Assembly: GCF_000315625.1 (NCBI RefSeq)
Contig: NW_005434416.1
Location: 1 to 45,327, forward strand
Reading direction: 5' to 3'
DNA from: Guillardia theta CCMP2712
Taxonomy: Eukaryota > Protista > Cryptophyta
DNA length: 45,327 nt
Shown here one piece after another: positions 32,932 to 44,853 of this stretch. Positions within the stretch are counted from its first letter, which is position 1, and each line of letters opens with the position of its first letter. A program made the position numbers and the translations under genes. Below the pieces are notes generated by a model. The model did not search any database. It was not told where the DNA came from and worked only from the letters and a program-made list of their open reading frames with translations.

Positions 32932-34420
32932 TCAAACACGAACCCTTTTGACTTGAATGTTCTTGATTTCGGCAAAAGAATCCTTTCGCTTGCGAGCGTC
33001 CCTATTGTCTTTCTTTGACAAAAACTGCACAGCGTCACTTACGTCCACATCTGCGGAAATTTCCTCTACAAGATGTAATATGCGGCCATACGAAATTTGA
33101 TTTGTCAAGTCAAATTGAATCACTTCCTCAAGAAGAATTTTGTAATTCGATTGAAGATTTGCACATATTGATTTGGCAGAAAACTCGGTTTTCATTTGGA
33201 ACATTTCCTGCATTTTTATGTCAGGGGCGATTGAAATTGGTTTCCCTTCTTTCAAATGTTAGATGTTACCTTCTCTGTACACCCTGTCCATGGTAACTTT
33301 TCCTTCATAAGTTTTATCAAGGAAATTGTGAGTGAATAGATGTCATCGAATTGATTGGGCTTAGATCCCTTCATCAATCGGGGGCTGACAAATTCAGGGG
33401 TTCCATCATAATCTAAGAATTCCCCTTCTTCATCTTGAGAATCCGCTTCCAAGCTGCTCGATGCCAAACCAAAGTCTGTTTGAAATCAAAAACATACATA
33501 TCCGGCCAAGCATACAGATCCCAACCAATGAGAAAATATTCCAGGTGGCCTCGGCGTATTCGAATCATAATGTTTCCAGCTGATATGTCTTTGTGAAGCA
33601 TTCCAGCGTTGTGGATGTCCTGCAAAGTTGAAAAGAGCTCTGGTCCAGCATCGGCAGCCTTAAAGCAAAACATTACAAAATAACTTGGAGGTGACTCAAA
33701 GGAGGATTACAATGTCAGCGCGGAAGATTTCTTCATCCTTCAGGATCGAAATCAAGTTATCTGTGAATACTGTCACAAGAATTGAGCAGAAAAGTTGACT
33801 TCTTACCGAAGCTATAACTCAATAACTGCTGGACCAAGACAGAATGGCCATGAAAACCAGTACTTGGATAATCTGTTTTTTTTGAAAAGAAATACACTTT
33901 GGGTACATTAATTTTGCTAGAAAATGTTTTGAGATGTCTCAAGACAATGTACTCATTTTCGAGTTGCCTGTGGACACATACAATCAGTTTTAGCACATTC
34001 ATACATTAGAAAACTCTTGCCCTGATGAATCTTCTTCTTGATCCGATCCAGATGTTATTTTACCCTTGTTTTGTTGAATTCTTGCTATTTTGATCGCGAC
34101 GAATTTATTTGTAACCATGTCCTGTTATATCGCCATCAAATTCTAAGAACCAAAATTTACAAACCATACTTTTGCTTTGAAAACCCGTCCGAAGCTCCCA
34201 CTGCCAATTTTCTGGACGATTTTCCAGCGATTCATCACTGCGAAGAGGGTCAATATAATATGAACAATTGTTCATGTGTCATCTCGAACATGTCGATGGA
34301 GTGTCTTGTTCGTGGCATTCATTCTGAACAAGCTCTGTTTTCTCAATATTTGCAGTAGAGCCTGGTTTCAATTGAAAGAGGAGTAAACGTGCATCGATGC
34401 ATTTTCGGGCATCTGGATTT
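32932..34420 (-). CDS. Casein kinase 1-like Ser/Thr protein kinase, multi-exon; N-terminus uncertain
   Basis: RWKIVQKIGSGSFGRVFKAK, FVAIK, QLENEYIVLRHL, VPKVYFF, LHKDISAGNIM, FLI|DFGLA (split by an intron), GTPEFVS, DDIYSL and LPWTG. Confidence 0.9.
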
Positions 34421-35623
34421 CCTGGAAAGGCCCACATATGTACACGATTCTGTCAGGCACGCCTGTAAACGTGTGAAGGCTGTTCACAACCATGTTTCAA
34501 CAATTCAATCATCTCAGACAACATCCATTTATGATTGGCTTGCCTGTACAAATAAGCCCAACAACAGCACAGGTTCTACTCTATGTGTTTGCATATAATC
34601 TATTCCATGCATTGGTTGTTTTGCCCTATCATTGTTCAGCATCTTGCCTCTTCTTTCGAGTCTCCATACGGTTAGGGTCCAATGCACATCCTCCTGGGCA
34701 TGGTTTTCCTTCCACGGAGTGCCACAAACTTTCCACGGTTCGCGCCAACTTCCGAAGTTCCAAGCGCGGCCCGGGCCGGGCCCGGCGCGCCGGGCCGCCG
34801 CCCGGCTAGGGCCGCCAGTCACTGAATGGCGGCGCCCGGCCCGGCCCGGCCACTCGGCCCGGCAGGCTCATCATTGTGTGACTGACCCGGTGACCCGGCC
34901 GGGGCGGCCGCGGAGTCCGATCGATCCGATCATTCGCACACCGGCGTGGCACAGTGACACTGCCGTGTGCCAGAGTGTGACAGTGACCGTCGGACCGACC
35001 CCGCCTGAGTGTCAGGTCACCGTCAGTGTGGCACCGTCACGGTACAGCAGTCCGATACGGTCACCCGTCGACAAGGGCCCGCGGGCTTCAAGGCTTCAGG
35101 CTCAGCTTGCCGCCCGCCCGGCGCCGGCAACTTGGCCGTGATCGGACTGAGTTCAGTGATCGGTCCGTGGCATCAGGAGACGGTCGAGGAGCGGCGTTTT
35201 TGTTTCGGTTTTAAAGCTTTCCAAGTTCAGAAGCTCTCTGGTCGCCGGGTATTGTGGAACGACAACGTGACGAACTGTGTACTAAATTTAAAGTGATCAT
35301 CACTGAGTCAGGCTTTTCAGAATGCATGCCAGTGGCTTGGGAAAACATAGGCAAGGGGAAAATAATCGTTCAATTCCCAAGCATTCCATCGAAACTTCCA
35401 ATGGTCGATTGCATGTAACGGCTGCTCTGGCACTGCGAGAGTAGCATATGTTTGGCATTGGACATGTCAAGTCCCACCACTTTCTCATATGAACTTGTGT
35501 AAAACTGAGATTGCAGGGCCACCATAGCTTTTGAATCTTCATGTAAGATAGTTAATGCAGATCCGAGCTAACTTATTACTCCTCTTTATTTCATATTGAA
35601 TCGACACAAGTACCTACTTTCCT

Positions 35624-36142
<519 letters not shown>

Positions 36143-36837
36143 TCAACGCTCCTGGGTCTCCTTTTGTTGCAACTCCCCGACACCTGTCTTTTTCCAACCC
36201 TACCCTCACACAATCATAAACCTTCAATGTACCCTACCCCTACTATTTTTGAAGATTCATTCTACTTCTTCGGAATGAGGAAGGGTTCTATGGAGTACCC
36301 CACCCTCTCTACTCCATCAGTTCTTACCTACTATACCAAAAGTCTAGAAGATGCTAGGACCCCTGAGATACACTTTCGTATGTGTTGGGTCCTAGTATCA
36401 TTTATAACGATTTTTACTACACAGACAATGACTAAAAATATCGATGCCGGTTACAGAGGCGTTGAAAATTGGTTACATATTTTAACCGTTTCTTGAAGAG
36501 CCGCCAAAGTTGGGTAATGGTTGACTTCTGAATGAAACTTGTACACTTCATGAAGTACCCAAAGAGTTACAAGCTACTATGACGATGATGTATAAAACAT
36601 TGCATGCTTGCTTTGGAAGTTGAGTGTGAATGGGTCATTGAGGATAGTATGCTCTTGAACAATAGGGTACAATCCAGCATCTAGTGTTTGATTTTTGGAC
36701 GGCAAGAAATCATTTTAGACTTTCTTTTTCAAGCAAGGACGCACTCGTGCTTTCTCTGTCGTCCCAGCAATTTTATACTCGAAAATTTTCCAAGCATTGT
36801 CTCGACAGACTCTAACGTTTGAACTCATGGACAGGCG

Positions 36838-38177
36838 ATGGCACCTGTACAAAATAGGAAGGGCGTTGCTGTAACAACTTCGCTGCTGGTCTTGCTTGCA
36901 GTTACTGGTAACGTAGCGAGGATCTCATTTTCATCTTCTGATATCTTTCTAGCAAAGCTTGCTTTTGTTACGCTTGGACAAACAAAGGCTGCGGTTTCTC
37001 TCCTCGCCGATGGCACCGGTAGCTTTACCCTACATGAGCTGGAGCGCGATAGATCTCAACTGCAGTCAATGCTTGCAAGAGTAACGGAGGAAGAAAAAGA
37101 AAAAATCAGGGAGAAGGCACTCAAGGAAGAGAGGAACGAAGAAGCTAAGAAGCTCAGGCGGGAGCAGCAAAAATTAGCATCCCATAGCAGATTCAAGGGA
37201 GACTATGGCGTCAAAACCGACGAGTCCATGGTCAAATGGATCCTGGGGAAGTCTGACAAAGAGCGAAGCCAGCAAGAATTGTCAAGACGAGCTGCTATCT
37301 TGCAAAAATCAATATCGAAGAACATCAATATGCGCAAAGATAGGGAAAAACAGATTGAGAGTGAGGCCGCAATAGAGGTTATGATTGTCTGTCACTGCTT
37401 ATTTGCTTCTGAGATCATAAATTTAGTTAAGGAAGGAAGGACTTATCTCAGGTTCTCCATCTATCAACTTGAAGAGACCAAGCAGCGATGAAGTTGCATT
37501 CAATGTTTTCTATTTGGTGCTGAAGATTCCGCAGAGACAACTAAGGTCATTTGATGAACACCTCAAGGAGAACAATCAGCTGCTAAAACAGGAAGTGCTG
37601 GCGCTCAATGTAGTCGTTTATGAATGTTTCTGGGCTAATTCTCATAACTCTGCGTACAGAACCAAGCAAAGCGATCGAAAGCGTTGAGACGTCATCGAAA
37701 ATTAGGGCCCGGAGGAGAGGTGGAAGTCCTGCTGTTGTGAATGTTTCTGAATGTCAATGACAGACTGGCCTCGCCCACGACCTCTCGAAAGTTGGCGTTG
37801 TCGTGGACTCTTGGGGACCCATCACTTCGGATGTCAGCACAAAGCCAGGTAAGCGAGCTCACCTCTTTCTCAATGCAGTTCGCCGTTGGGTTTCTCATAC
37901 TGCAGTAGATCCGCGGGATAATTTTGCGAAGCGTCCTGGCTCACACGAGCAGGTGGTATCACGAAAGACTCTTGTAAGGGTAACAGCAGAGAATGGGAGA
38001 GACATTGACATGCTCTTAGCAAAAGCTTCGCATCCTTCCCTCGGATAAGATCAGTCCTGTCCGTCAGCAAGTGGTACAATTCGGACTCTCTGACTTTGCT
38101 AACATGTATGATGACAGCTGAGCGAGAATGAGCTTGAGAAGGACCTGGGGTTCAAGGTGATGCAGGAGTACTTCTAG
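36838..38177 (+). CDS. Multi-exon hypothetical protein with N-terminal signal/anchor and coiled coil
   Basis: MAPVQNRKGVAVTTSLLVLLAVT, a long charged exon (EEEKEKIREKALKEERNEEAKKLRREQQKL), short introns, and last exon ENELEKDLGFKVMQEYF*. Confidence 0.55.
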
Positions 38178-38325
38178 CTCAAGTCGTTAAATTTATTCTC
38201 AGGGATCGTTCATGTATTCTCATTCCTTCTCGCATGCTCAACAGGAGAGGAAGAAGCCTTTATTCATCTGATGTACAATAAAGCATGCTTTAAATCGAAA
38301 GTTTTCGGAGAGATTCTCAAGAAAG

Positions 38326-39275
38326 TTGGATCTGAATATCTGCCACGTTGGCTTCTTGTCCGAAATGTTCTTACCCACTCGGCGGCTTGAAGTCAAGCAG
38401 GCCCGCCAGTTGCTTCGAATCTTCAAAATTTATTTGCAATCTCAGGAATTCAATGATCGTCTCCTTGCTCAATCATACGAGCTTCAAGACCGCCTGGTTT
38501 CCGCCCTGTCCACCTCTGTGTCAGCAATCCAGCGCTTGAAGCCCCTCCCTGCACCGTCTAGCGCGCAGACGTCTCCGCGCCTGGCGAGTTCTCCCACCCC
38601 TCCCATCCCTCGGCTGATGCAGACGCTTGCCCTCCCGGTTGAGTCAGACCCTTCGTCGATTCCCGAAGTTCCGCCTCCAGCTTCTCTCTTACTGGGCCAG
38701 AGAGACTGATACCTCCGTTACCAGGTATTCGTACTTCTTACACGCAGCAAGATTCCTCTGGTGACGCGTGCATGTCGCTGATTCCTCAGCCCACGCCCGT
38801 CAGTCCCTCAGCCTTTGATTGGTGACAAACTCCCGAACCTGAAGCCCAGAACGTCCATCACCCCCTTTCTTGGTCAGGCTGATTCTCAAAGCATTCACAG
38901 CTGGCACTCTCAGATGGGGCGTGCTCTGTCTGTTCTTGACGACCTGCGGCTCACATCGCCAAGCTCCAGCAACAAGTGACCAATCTCTGTCAAGGCGTCA
39001 ACGAATCGATCACTGATTATACTCTTCGGACGCAACGTTATGTTGACGAACTTTTACTCTACGAATCTGAGGCTGTCGTATTTCAAGAGCACAATCTTCT
39101 TCAACAATTCGCCAATGGATTCCTTGACCCTGATCTCCGCCTTGTCATGGCCCCCATCGCGCACATGCATCCTGCTACCGCTGCCACGGTGTCGCTTTTG
39201 GCACATAAAGCTTTCGCCTTCGTCAAACCGTCATCTCTGGTGTCTTTGTGCCCTTCAACTTCAGAGGCACAGTGA
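38326..39275 (+). pseudogene. Decayed retrotransposon gag-like sequence
   Basis: Pro/Ser-rich linker, then ITPFLGQADSQSIHSW and LCQGVNESITDYTLRTQRYVDEL..LLQQFANGFLDPDLR (Q-G-x-x-E-S-x-x-D-Y major-homology-like region). Interrupted by stops. No pol or LTR seen. Confidence 0.6.
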
Positions 39276-40430
39276 GGGCCGAGTCCGATCCAGGCCTCCG
39301 ACTGGCTTCAAGACTCAGGCCGCTCAGCCTAGTACGGTCCGCCTCCGACTTGGGGTGGCGGGCCTCCGACTCCCTCCGACTCTCTCCTCTGCCACGGACT
39401 CCATCGATGTGCCCGTCAAAATCGAAATCAGTAATTCCTTGCCGCTAGTAATGTTTGCGTTTCACTGTATACTTGCACCGCCACCGCTACGATACTCTTC
39501 ACTGCGGCTCAGCAGACTGCCTATACGCAGGCGAATGTCAGGTATATCCTGAGTCTGACAAGAACTCGTTTCTGGGTTGCGGCCCGATGCTATACAATCC
39601 GCTATCGCACATACAAATTCTCCGCACGACGATCCGTCTGACTGTTGCGGTACCTGTCACAGTGTGTCCGGGGTCGGAACGGTGTGTACAACTTGTCATT
39701 CGGCAACTCAGCTTGTCACCTTATCTGACGTCAGGTGTGAACGAGAACTCATGTTTGCACTCAACAATCAGTTTCAGTTTCATCCATGCTGGTTGCCAAT
39801 AGCTGGTTTCTGGTAGATTCAGCCTTCATTCATTTGACGCTGCCAATCCATTACCACAAAACCTGCGCGTTGCATGTACTTGCATCAGCGACAATCCGAT
39901 GAGTACAATATACATATCCACTTTCTATGTCCTTCGTACAATCCTTGTGCATGACTTTCATAGAGTCATATAACCTGGTAATAACCGTCAACGATACTGT
40001 ATGTCGCTGCTAAGTGATAATTTCATTACGTGACTGCCACATGACAAGCTGATCTCAGATCTATGGCAACGAGACCCCAATGCTCCTGTTCTCGGAGTAC
40101 TCTTCCCCTTCTCTCCTTACTTGGGACTCCCAGCGAACGGTTCGCTGCCTCTAACGTCACCTTCCATCCCGCTCGCCAGTTGAACAGAGAATGTAGGAAT
40201 CATCAGTGTCGAGTCATGTCAACACGATGTCCGTGGTTGGCCACCATATATGCCGCTTCATGCACTTGCAGCAATCAGCGTGCACGGAATCTGTCACCTG
40301 CAATGATGTGATCTGTCACACACCAGTCATCACCGGCACGTCACTGGCTTTGTTCGCGCACCTTATCTGCATCACCATAGTGGGCGATTTCCTGAATCAA
40401 TTTGGTGTACAGGTATGTCCCACAGCGCTG

Positions 40431-40613
40431 GTTAAAAATCAGTACGAGGACAATCAGGAGAGACGAGGAGGCTTGACTGTCGCACAGTCCAAACGGCGAG
40501 AAGAGAAAAGACAGCGAGAACCAAACCTATTCCTGCCGACTGCTGTCCCCCAAACTTAAGTACCAATGAATAGTTGTCCCAGTACTGATTTTTAACTTAA
40601 CTTTGAGTAAAGT
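40431..40613. mobile_element. 183-bp composite: reversed 3' end of the CRE-like element joined to a second terminal motif in the opposite orientation
   Basis: The reverse complement of 40497-40559 aligns to 13424-13487 (24-nt exact TTAAGTTTGGGGGACAGCAGTCGG, then TTCTCGCTGTCTTTT..CTCTTCTCG). Arms 40431-40455 and 40573-40613 are inverted motif copies. Confidence 0.85.
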
Positions 40614-41521
40614 AAGAGCTTGGTTTCTGTATATCGGATCCCGCAGTACGAAATGGCGGAAACCAGAGGCTGAGGATGCTGTTTGGACACGAGTGTCCAA
40701 TACGGAGAGCTCCCACTGCGACTGGAACTTGACACAAGTGCTGGAAACGTGGTGGCGATTTTCATGCAGTATATGCCAGCTTTCGAAGTGAGGATCCTGG
40801 ATTTTGTGGTTGTAAGTCGCCGCCTCCTCCCAGCGATAATGTGCAGTCAGCGATAGCAATTGACGAATCGGAAGGAGATGGCATGCCAGTATCCTCTTGC
40901 ACGTCACAAGTAGATGATGGGATAGGGGGAACAAGCTCGATGTCTCAAAATCCCACTGCTGCTGCAAGAACCAACAAAGCACCAGCAAAGAGAAAACATT
41001 CTTCTACAGAAGCTGAGTCTGCTTTGTGGGACAACTTACGTGTACAGGACGAAGCAGCGCTCGAAGCATCAGGGGAAGCTATCCGCGAGAATACGACATC
41101 GAAGAAGAGCAGGAAGATGTATACCAGCCCATGATACGTCTTCTGCAATGGCTCTTTGTCAACAGAAAAGAAGTTCTCACCAAGGAGTTGATGGAGCTCA
41201 TTGAAAGACAGAATATCACCAACTTGCACTACGTTCCCGATAAAGATCTACTGCATGATATCCTGACGCGTCGTGAAATCAAACCCATCGACTTTGAAAA
41301 TAAGGAATCAACCGACCCAAAGGGAAAATTTACATCCACAGACGTTTCCTTTCGTTTTCAGGACAACCTTCAGCAGTCATAGAGTGCACTAGAGCAATCA
41401 CTGCTGTGTTTACTAGAACACGACGAGGAAAGAATACTGAATAGAATACTGCTGTTGGCTTCTACATAAAAAGCCTTCTCCTGCTATTTCAGCCGGTAAC
41501 TCCCTCATCAATGTCGCCGCT

Positions 41522-44104
41522 CTACCCTCGCGGTCTGGGATCCATACCGAACACCTGAGCTTCGATCTCTTCATTGCCGCGTGTCCACCCGTACTCTGCA
41601 AGCATGCCTTTATTTTCCACATTCTTCACGCTGAACTTGTAGAGATTCTCCTTGGGAACGACAAACACTATCTCCACCTTCCAGCCTTCCTCCTTCCCAA
41701 TGCCCAAAAGTTGCAAGCACTGTGCCATGTATCGCAGTTTAAGGTCATGCGACTGCCCAGTCGTCACCTGCACGAAGCGCACAAAGTTTTCACTCCAGTC
41801 AACAATCACTGCATCGTAACCCCCCTGATTCCATTTCAATGGCTTCAGGCACACTCTTGTTACTTTCATCTTGTCCCGCAGCTTCTTGATTTCTCTTGTT
41901 TCCAGACTTTTCACGTTACAGCTTTTCCAATCGTCGACTTTCTCTGGATCGTCGTGTGTCTCTGACCTCATGATAAGCTGCATCCCTGCCCCTCGTCCTA
42001 TCCGAGCAAAGAACAGCATCTCAAACAACACCCCCCGAAGTGTCGGATTCTCAGTTGCGTCAGAGAGTTCTTCAATCTTCCTCACAAACGATTCTCCAAG
42101 CTTCTGTGCTAGCTCCGTGGAAACAAACCTGCTGACGAGCGTCCAGTGCACCTCGTCTCCGACACGATACTTCCCATGCAGGCGATTCACAGCATTGTTT
42201 GCACGCTCTCCCATCCCCATGTCAAACAGGGACGCAAAATCAGGAACAGCCTGTATCCCGTCACGAAGTTCTTGGATCGCTTGATCTGTCCTACGTTCAA
42301 ACATATATCGGCATGATCCTCCTACAATCTGATACTTTGACTCGATTTCTCTCGACCTTCTCTCTTGTTCCGTCTCATCCATGCTTCCCTCTTCTTCATC
42401 CAAGCTCCATTCCATCACATCAGCCACACTCTTATAGAACGCGTCGTACCTACAGGCTTCCAGATACTCTTCCATTGCCCACGAATACACCATCATTTCT
42501 TCGACATTCTCATTCGCATCTTGCTCGGAATTCTTCTTTGCTCGAGAGCTCATCGATGTCGTAATCACAAGCCGCCTGTTCTCCCGTTCAAGATGAACCC
42601 AATGCAGGCAAGCACTCAGCACAAAGTCATGTACTTGCACCCCCTGTAGGTAACCATCTATAGATACCAAAGACTTCTTCCTGCTTGGTGCCCATTCTCT
42701 GAGAAATTTCTTTATCCAAGCCACCGCATTGTCGGCAGGCATCTCACACTTGCTCAATACGCCATCATCAACCTGTAAAATTTTGACAATTCCCCACTTC
42801 CACAGCCGAACGCAAATCACCCTCCATCCCTCCTCCATGCCTCGCGATTGTATGAAGGACATCGTCGTCGCAGTCTTCCCCGTCCCCGGAGGCCCTAGAA
42901 TCCAACCCAAACACCCGGCCTTGCACACCCTGTCGTCAAGGAAACGCCACTGCTCATTGAAGCAATCTCGACAGTACAGCACACGCTCCACAGCTTGTGC
43001 CGAGCTGATTGGATCAAGAAACAATCGATCGAGACAGAAGAGCTTGTTCGCCTCTCTGTGCCCCACCAGATCACGATTCAAGGTTTTCTCTGTCCAAAAT
43101 GCGATGTCTGCCTCTTTCTCCCGGACCTCTGCCCTCTCATTGTCAAGCTTCTCCTCCTTCGCTCGGAGGTACTGCTCTTGCTCCTTCCTCTCCTTGTCAA
43201 GCTCCACCTCCTTCGCTCGGAGGTACTGCTCTTTCTCCTCCCTCTCCTTGTCTAGGTTCTCCTTTTGCAACCGGAGGTATTCCACTGTATCATTCCTCTC
43301 CTTGTCAAGCTTATCCTCCTTCGCTCGGAGGTACTGCTCTTTATCCTTCCTCTCCTTGTCAAGCTCCACCTTTTGCAACCGGAGGTACTGCTCTTTCTCC
43401 TCCCTCTCCTTGTCAAGCTTCTCCTTTTGCACTCGGAGGTACTCCACTGTATCATTCCTCTCCTTGTCAAGCTTATCCTCCTTCGCTCGGAGGTACTTCA
43501 CTGTATCATTCCTCTCCTTGTCAAGCTCCACCTTTTGATCTCGGAGGTACTGCTCTTTCGCCTCCCTCTCCTTGTCAAGCTCCACCTTTTGATCTCGGAG
43601 GTACTGCTCTTTCTCCTCCCTCTCCTTGTCAAGCTTATCCTTTTGCAACCGGAGGTACTGCTCTTTATCCTCCCTCTCCTTGTCAAGCTCCACCTCCTTC
43701 GCTCGGAGGTACTGCTCTTTATCCTCCCTCTCCTTGTCTAGGTTCTCCTTTTGCACTCGGAGGTACTCCACTGTATCATTCCTCTCCTTGTCAAGCTTAT
43801 CCTCCTTCGCTCGGAGGTACTTCACTGTATCATTCCTCTCCTTGTCAAGCTCCACCTTTTGATCTCGGAGGTACTGCTCTTTCTCCTCCCTCTCCTTGTC
43901 AAGCTTATCCTCCTTCGCTCGGAGGTACTTCACTGTATCATTCCTCTCCTTGTCAAGCTTCTCCTTTTGCTCTTGCCAGTATTTCTGTTTTGGTTGAAGT
44001 TTCTTGATTCTCTTGGTCTCTTCTTTTCTGTCCTCCCTTTGTGTATTCGGGGTCAGCTGCTCTCCATCTCCAGCCCTTCTCCCATCTCGCCTGCGCTTGG
44101 TCAT
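41522..44104 (-). CDS. Crinkler/RHS-type (CR) protein: repeat coiled coil + P-loop NTPase + PD-(D/E)XK restriction-endonuclease-fold domain, 860 aa, intronless
   Basis: LYCRDCF..GWILGPPGTGKT (Walker A), LVSIDG (Walker B-like), YSWAMEEYLEAC, KYQIVGGSCRYMF, GVLFEMLFF, and LKPLKWNQGGYDAV..FVQVTTGQSHDLKL. This pattern is typical of CR NTPase+REase modules. Confidence 0.88.
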   Translation of the reverse strand: MTKRRRDGRRAGDGEQLTPNTQREDRKEETKRIKKLQPKQKYWQEQKEKLDKERNDTVKYLRAKEDKLDKEREEKEQYLRDQKVELDKERNDTVKYLRAKEDKLDKERNDTVEYLRVQKENLDKEREDKEQYLRAKEVELDKEREDKEQYLRLQKDKLDKEREEKEQYLRDQKVELDKEREAKEQYLRDQKVELDKERNDTVKYLRAKEDKLDKERNDTVEYLRVQKEKLDKEREEKEQYLRLQKVELDKERKDKEQYLRAKEDKLDKERNDTVEYLRLQKENLDKEREEKEQYLRAKEVELDKERKEQEQYLRAKEEKLDNERAEVREKEADIAFWTEKTLNRDLVGHREANKLFCLDRLFLDPISSAQAVERVLYCRDCFNEQWRFLDDRVCKAGCLGWILGPPGTGKTATTMSFIQSRGMEEGWRVICVRLWKWGIVKILQVDDGVLSKCEMPADNAVAWIKKFLREWAPSRKKSLVSIDGYLQGVQVHDFVLSACLHWVHLERENRRLVITTSMSSRAKKNSEQDANENVEEMMVYSWAMEEYLEACRYDAFYKSVADVMEWSLDEEEGSMDETEQERRSREIESKYQIVGGSCRYMFERRTDQAIQELRDGIQAVPDFASLFDMGMGERANNAVNRLHGKYRVGDEVHWTLVSRFVSTELAQKLGESFVRKIEELSDATENPTLRGVLFEMLFFARIGRGAGMQLIMRSETHDDPEKVDDWKSCNVKSLETREIKKLRDKMKVTRVCLKPLKWNQGGYDAVIVDWSENFVRFVQVTTGQSHDLKLRYMAQCLQLLGIGKEEGWKVEIVFVVPKENLYKFSVKNVENKGMLAEYGWTRGNEEIEAQVFGMDPRPRG
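43133..43960 (-). repeat. Coding tandem array of 15 complete 54-bp (18-aa) units plus a partial unit
   Basis: Unit [KEN]LDKER-(NDTV[KE] or [EK]x[KQ]EQ)-YLR-(AKE[DVE] or [DVL]QK[VED]). Confidence 0.97.
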
Positions 44105-44522
44105 GACAGCCAGTGGTAGCCATCCGCTTTCAGTGGTGCTTTGAAAAAAGTCGGTCTAATTTGAGATTATGTGATCAGATTAGAATATTATTGCAGATGG
44201 CTTGAAACTTATAACTTCCTGAACCCTACTAGGTGTGTCCGGTACGCTAATGTCGGTATTTTTCCCGGCGAAGTTCCCTAGCCAGTCATTCTCAATTGAT
44301 GTGTTGCTCTTGTGGTCCACCTTGTTATTCTGGATGTAATCTCTTAGGCCTGCCGTTCACAATATATCATCCATCTTCCATTCCTAAAAGCCTGAGATCT
44401 TTACCTGCCTGTTTCTGATTGAATGATACCTTATGTTGTTATTGCATTCTGTATCAATATACAATCGTTCTGCTAACCTTACAACCCCGGGTGTATAACT
44501 AAAGCAACACTCCTTCACCAAA

Positions 44523-44738
44523 TCATGCACATATTCTTCTCCAAAGCTCTTTAGGTTCTCTACAGTTTATCTTATCGATGTAAACATTCTTTAGTGACAA
44601 ATCTAGATTGCATTTGAGTGTTTCTATGCTCTTGTCACTCTTGATTGATTTACAGATGTTCTTTCTATCTAGGTGTCTCCTAAAATTGAATAATTTATTT
44701 GTTGAATAATTGCACCTCTCACAATGAAAACAATTCAT
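44523..44738 (-). pseudogene. Short AT-rich ORF with an N-terminal C2H2-type zinc finger resembling giant-virus proteins; probably truncated
   Basis: MNCFHCERCNYSTNKLFNFRRHLDRKNICK. The CxxCxY.T....N..RHL.RK..C pattern is recalled from Nucleocytoviricota proteins; not verified by search. Confidence 0.5.
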
Positions 44739-44756
44739 CCTTGTTCTGAATGTTTG

Positions 44757-44840
44757 TTTAGGGTTTAGGGTTTAGGGTTTAGGGTTTAGGGTTTAGGGTT
44801 TAGGGTTTAGGGTTTAGGGTTTAGGGTTTAGGGTTTAGGG
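44757..44840 (+). repeat. Internal telomeric array (TTTAGGG)12
   Basis: 12 perfect units (84 nt) with unique sequence on both sides. Confidence 0.98.
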
Positions 44841-44853
44841 CCGGTTATTTCAG

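Noticed and set aside
40620-41382. Possible gene (ORFs 40841-41134 and 41026-41382)
   Set aside because: Overlapping short frames with no recognisable motif or clear splice path. It may be a pseudogene fragment, but no call can be supported.
42729-44119. Plus-strand repetitive ORFs (e.g. 43009-44007, SPCQAPP repeats)
   Set aside because: These are antisense shadows of the 54-bp array in the minus-strand CR gene.
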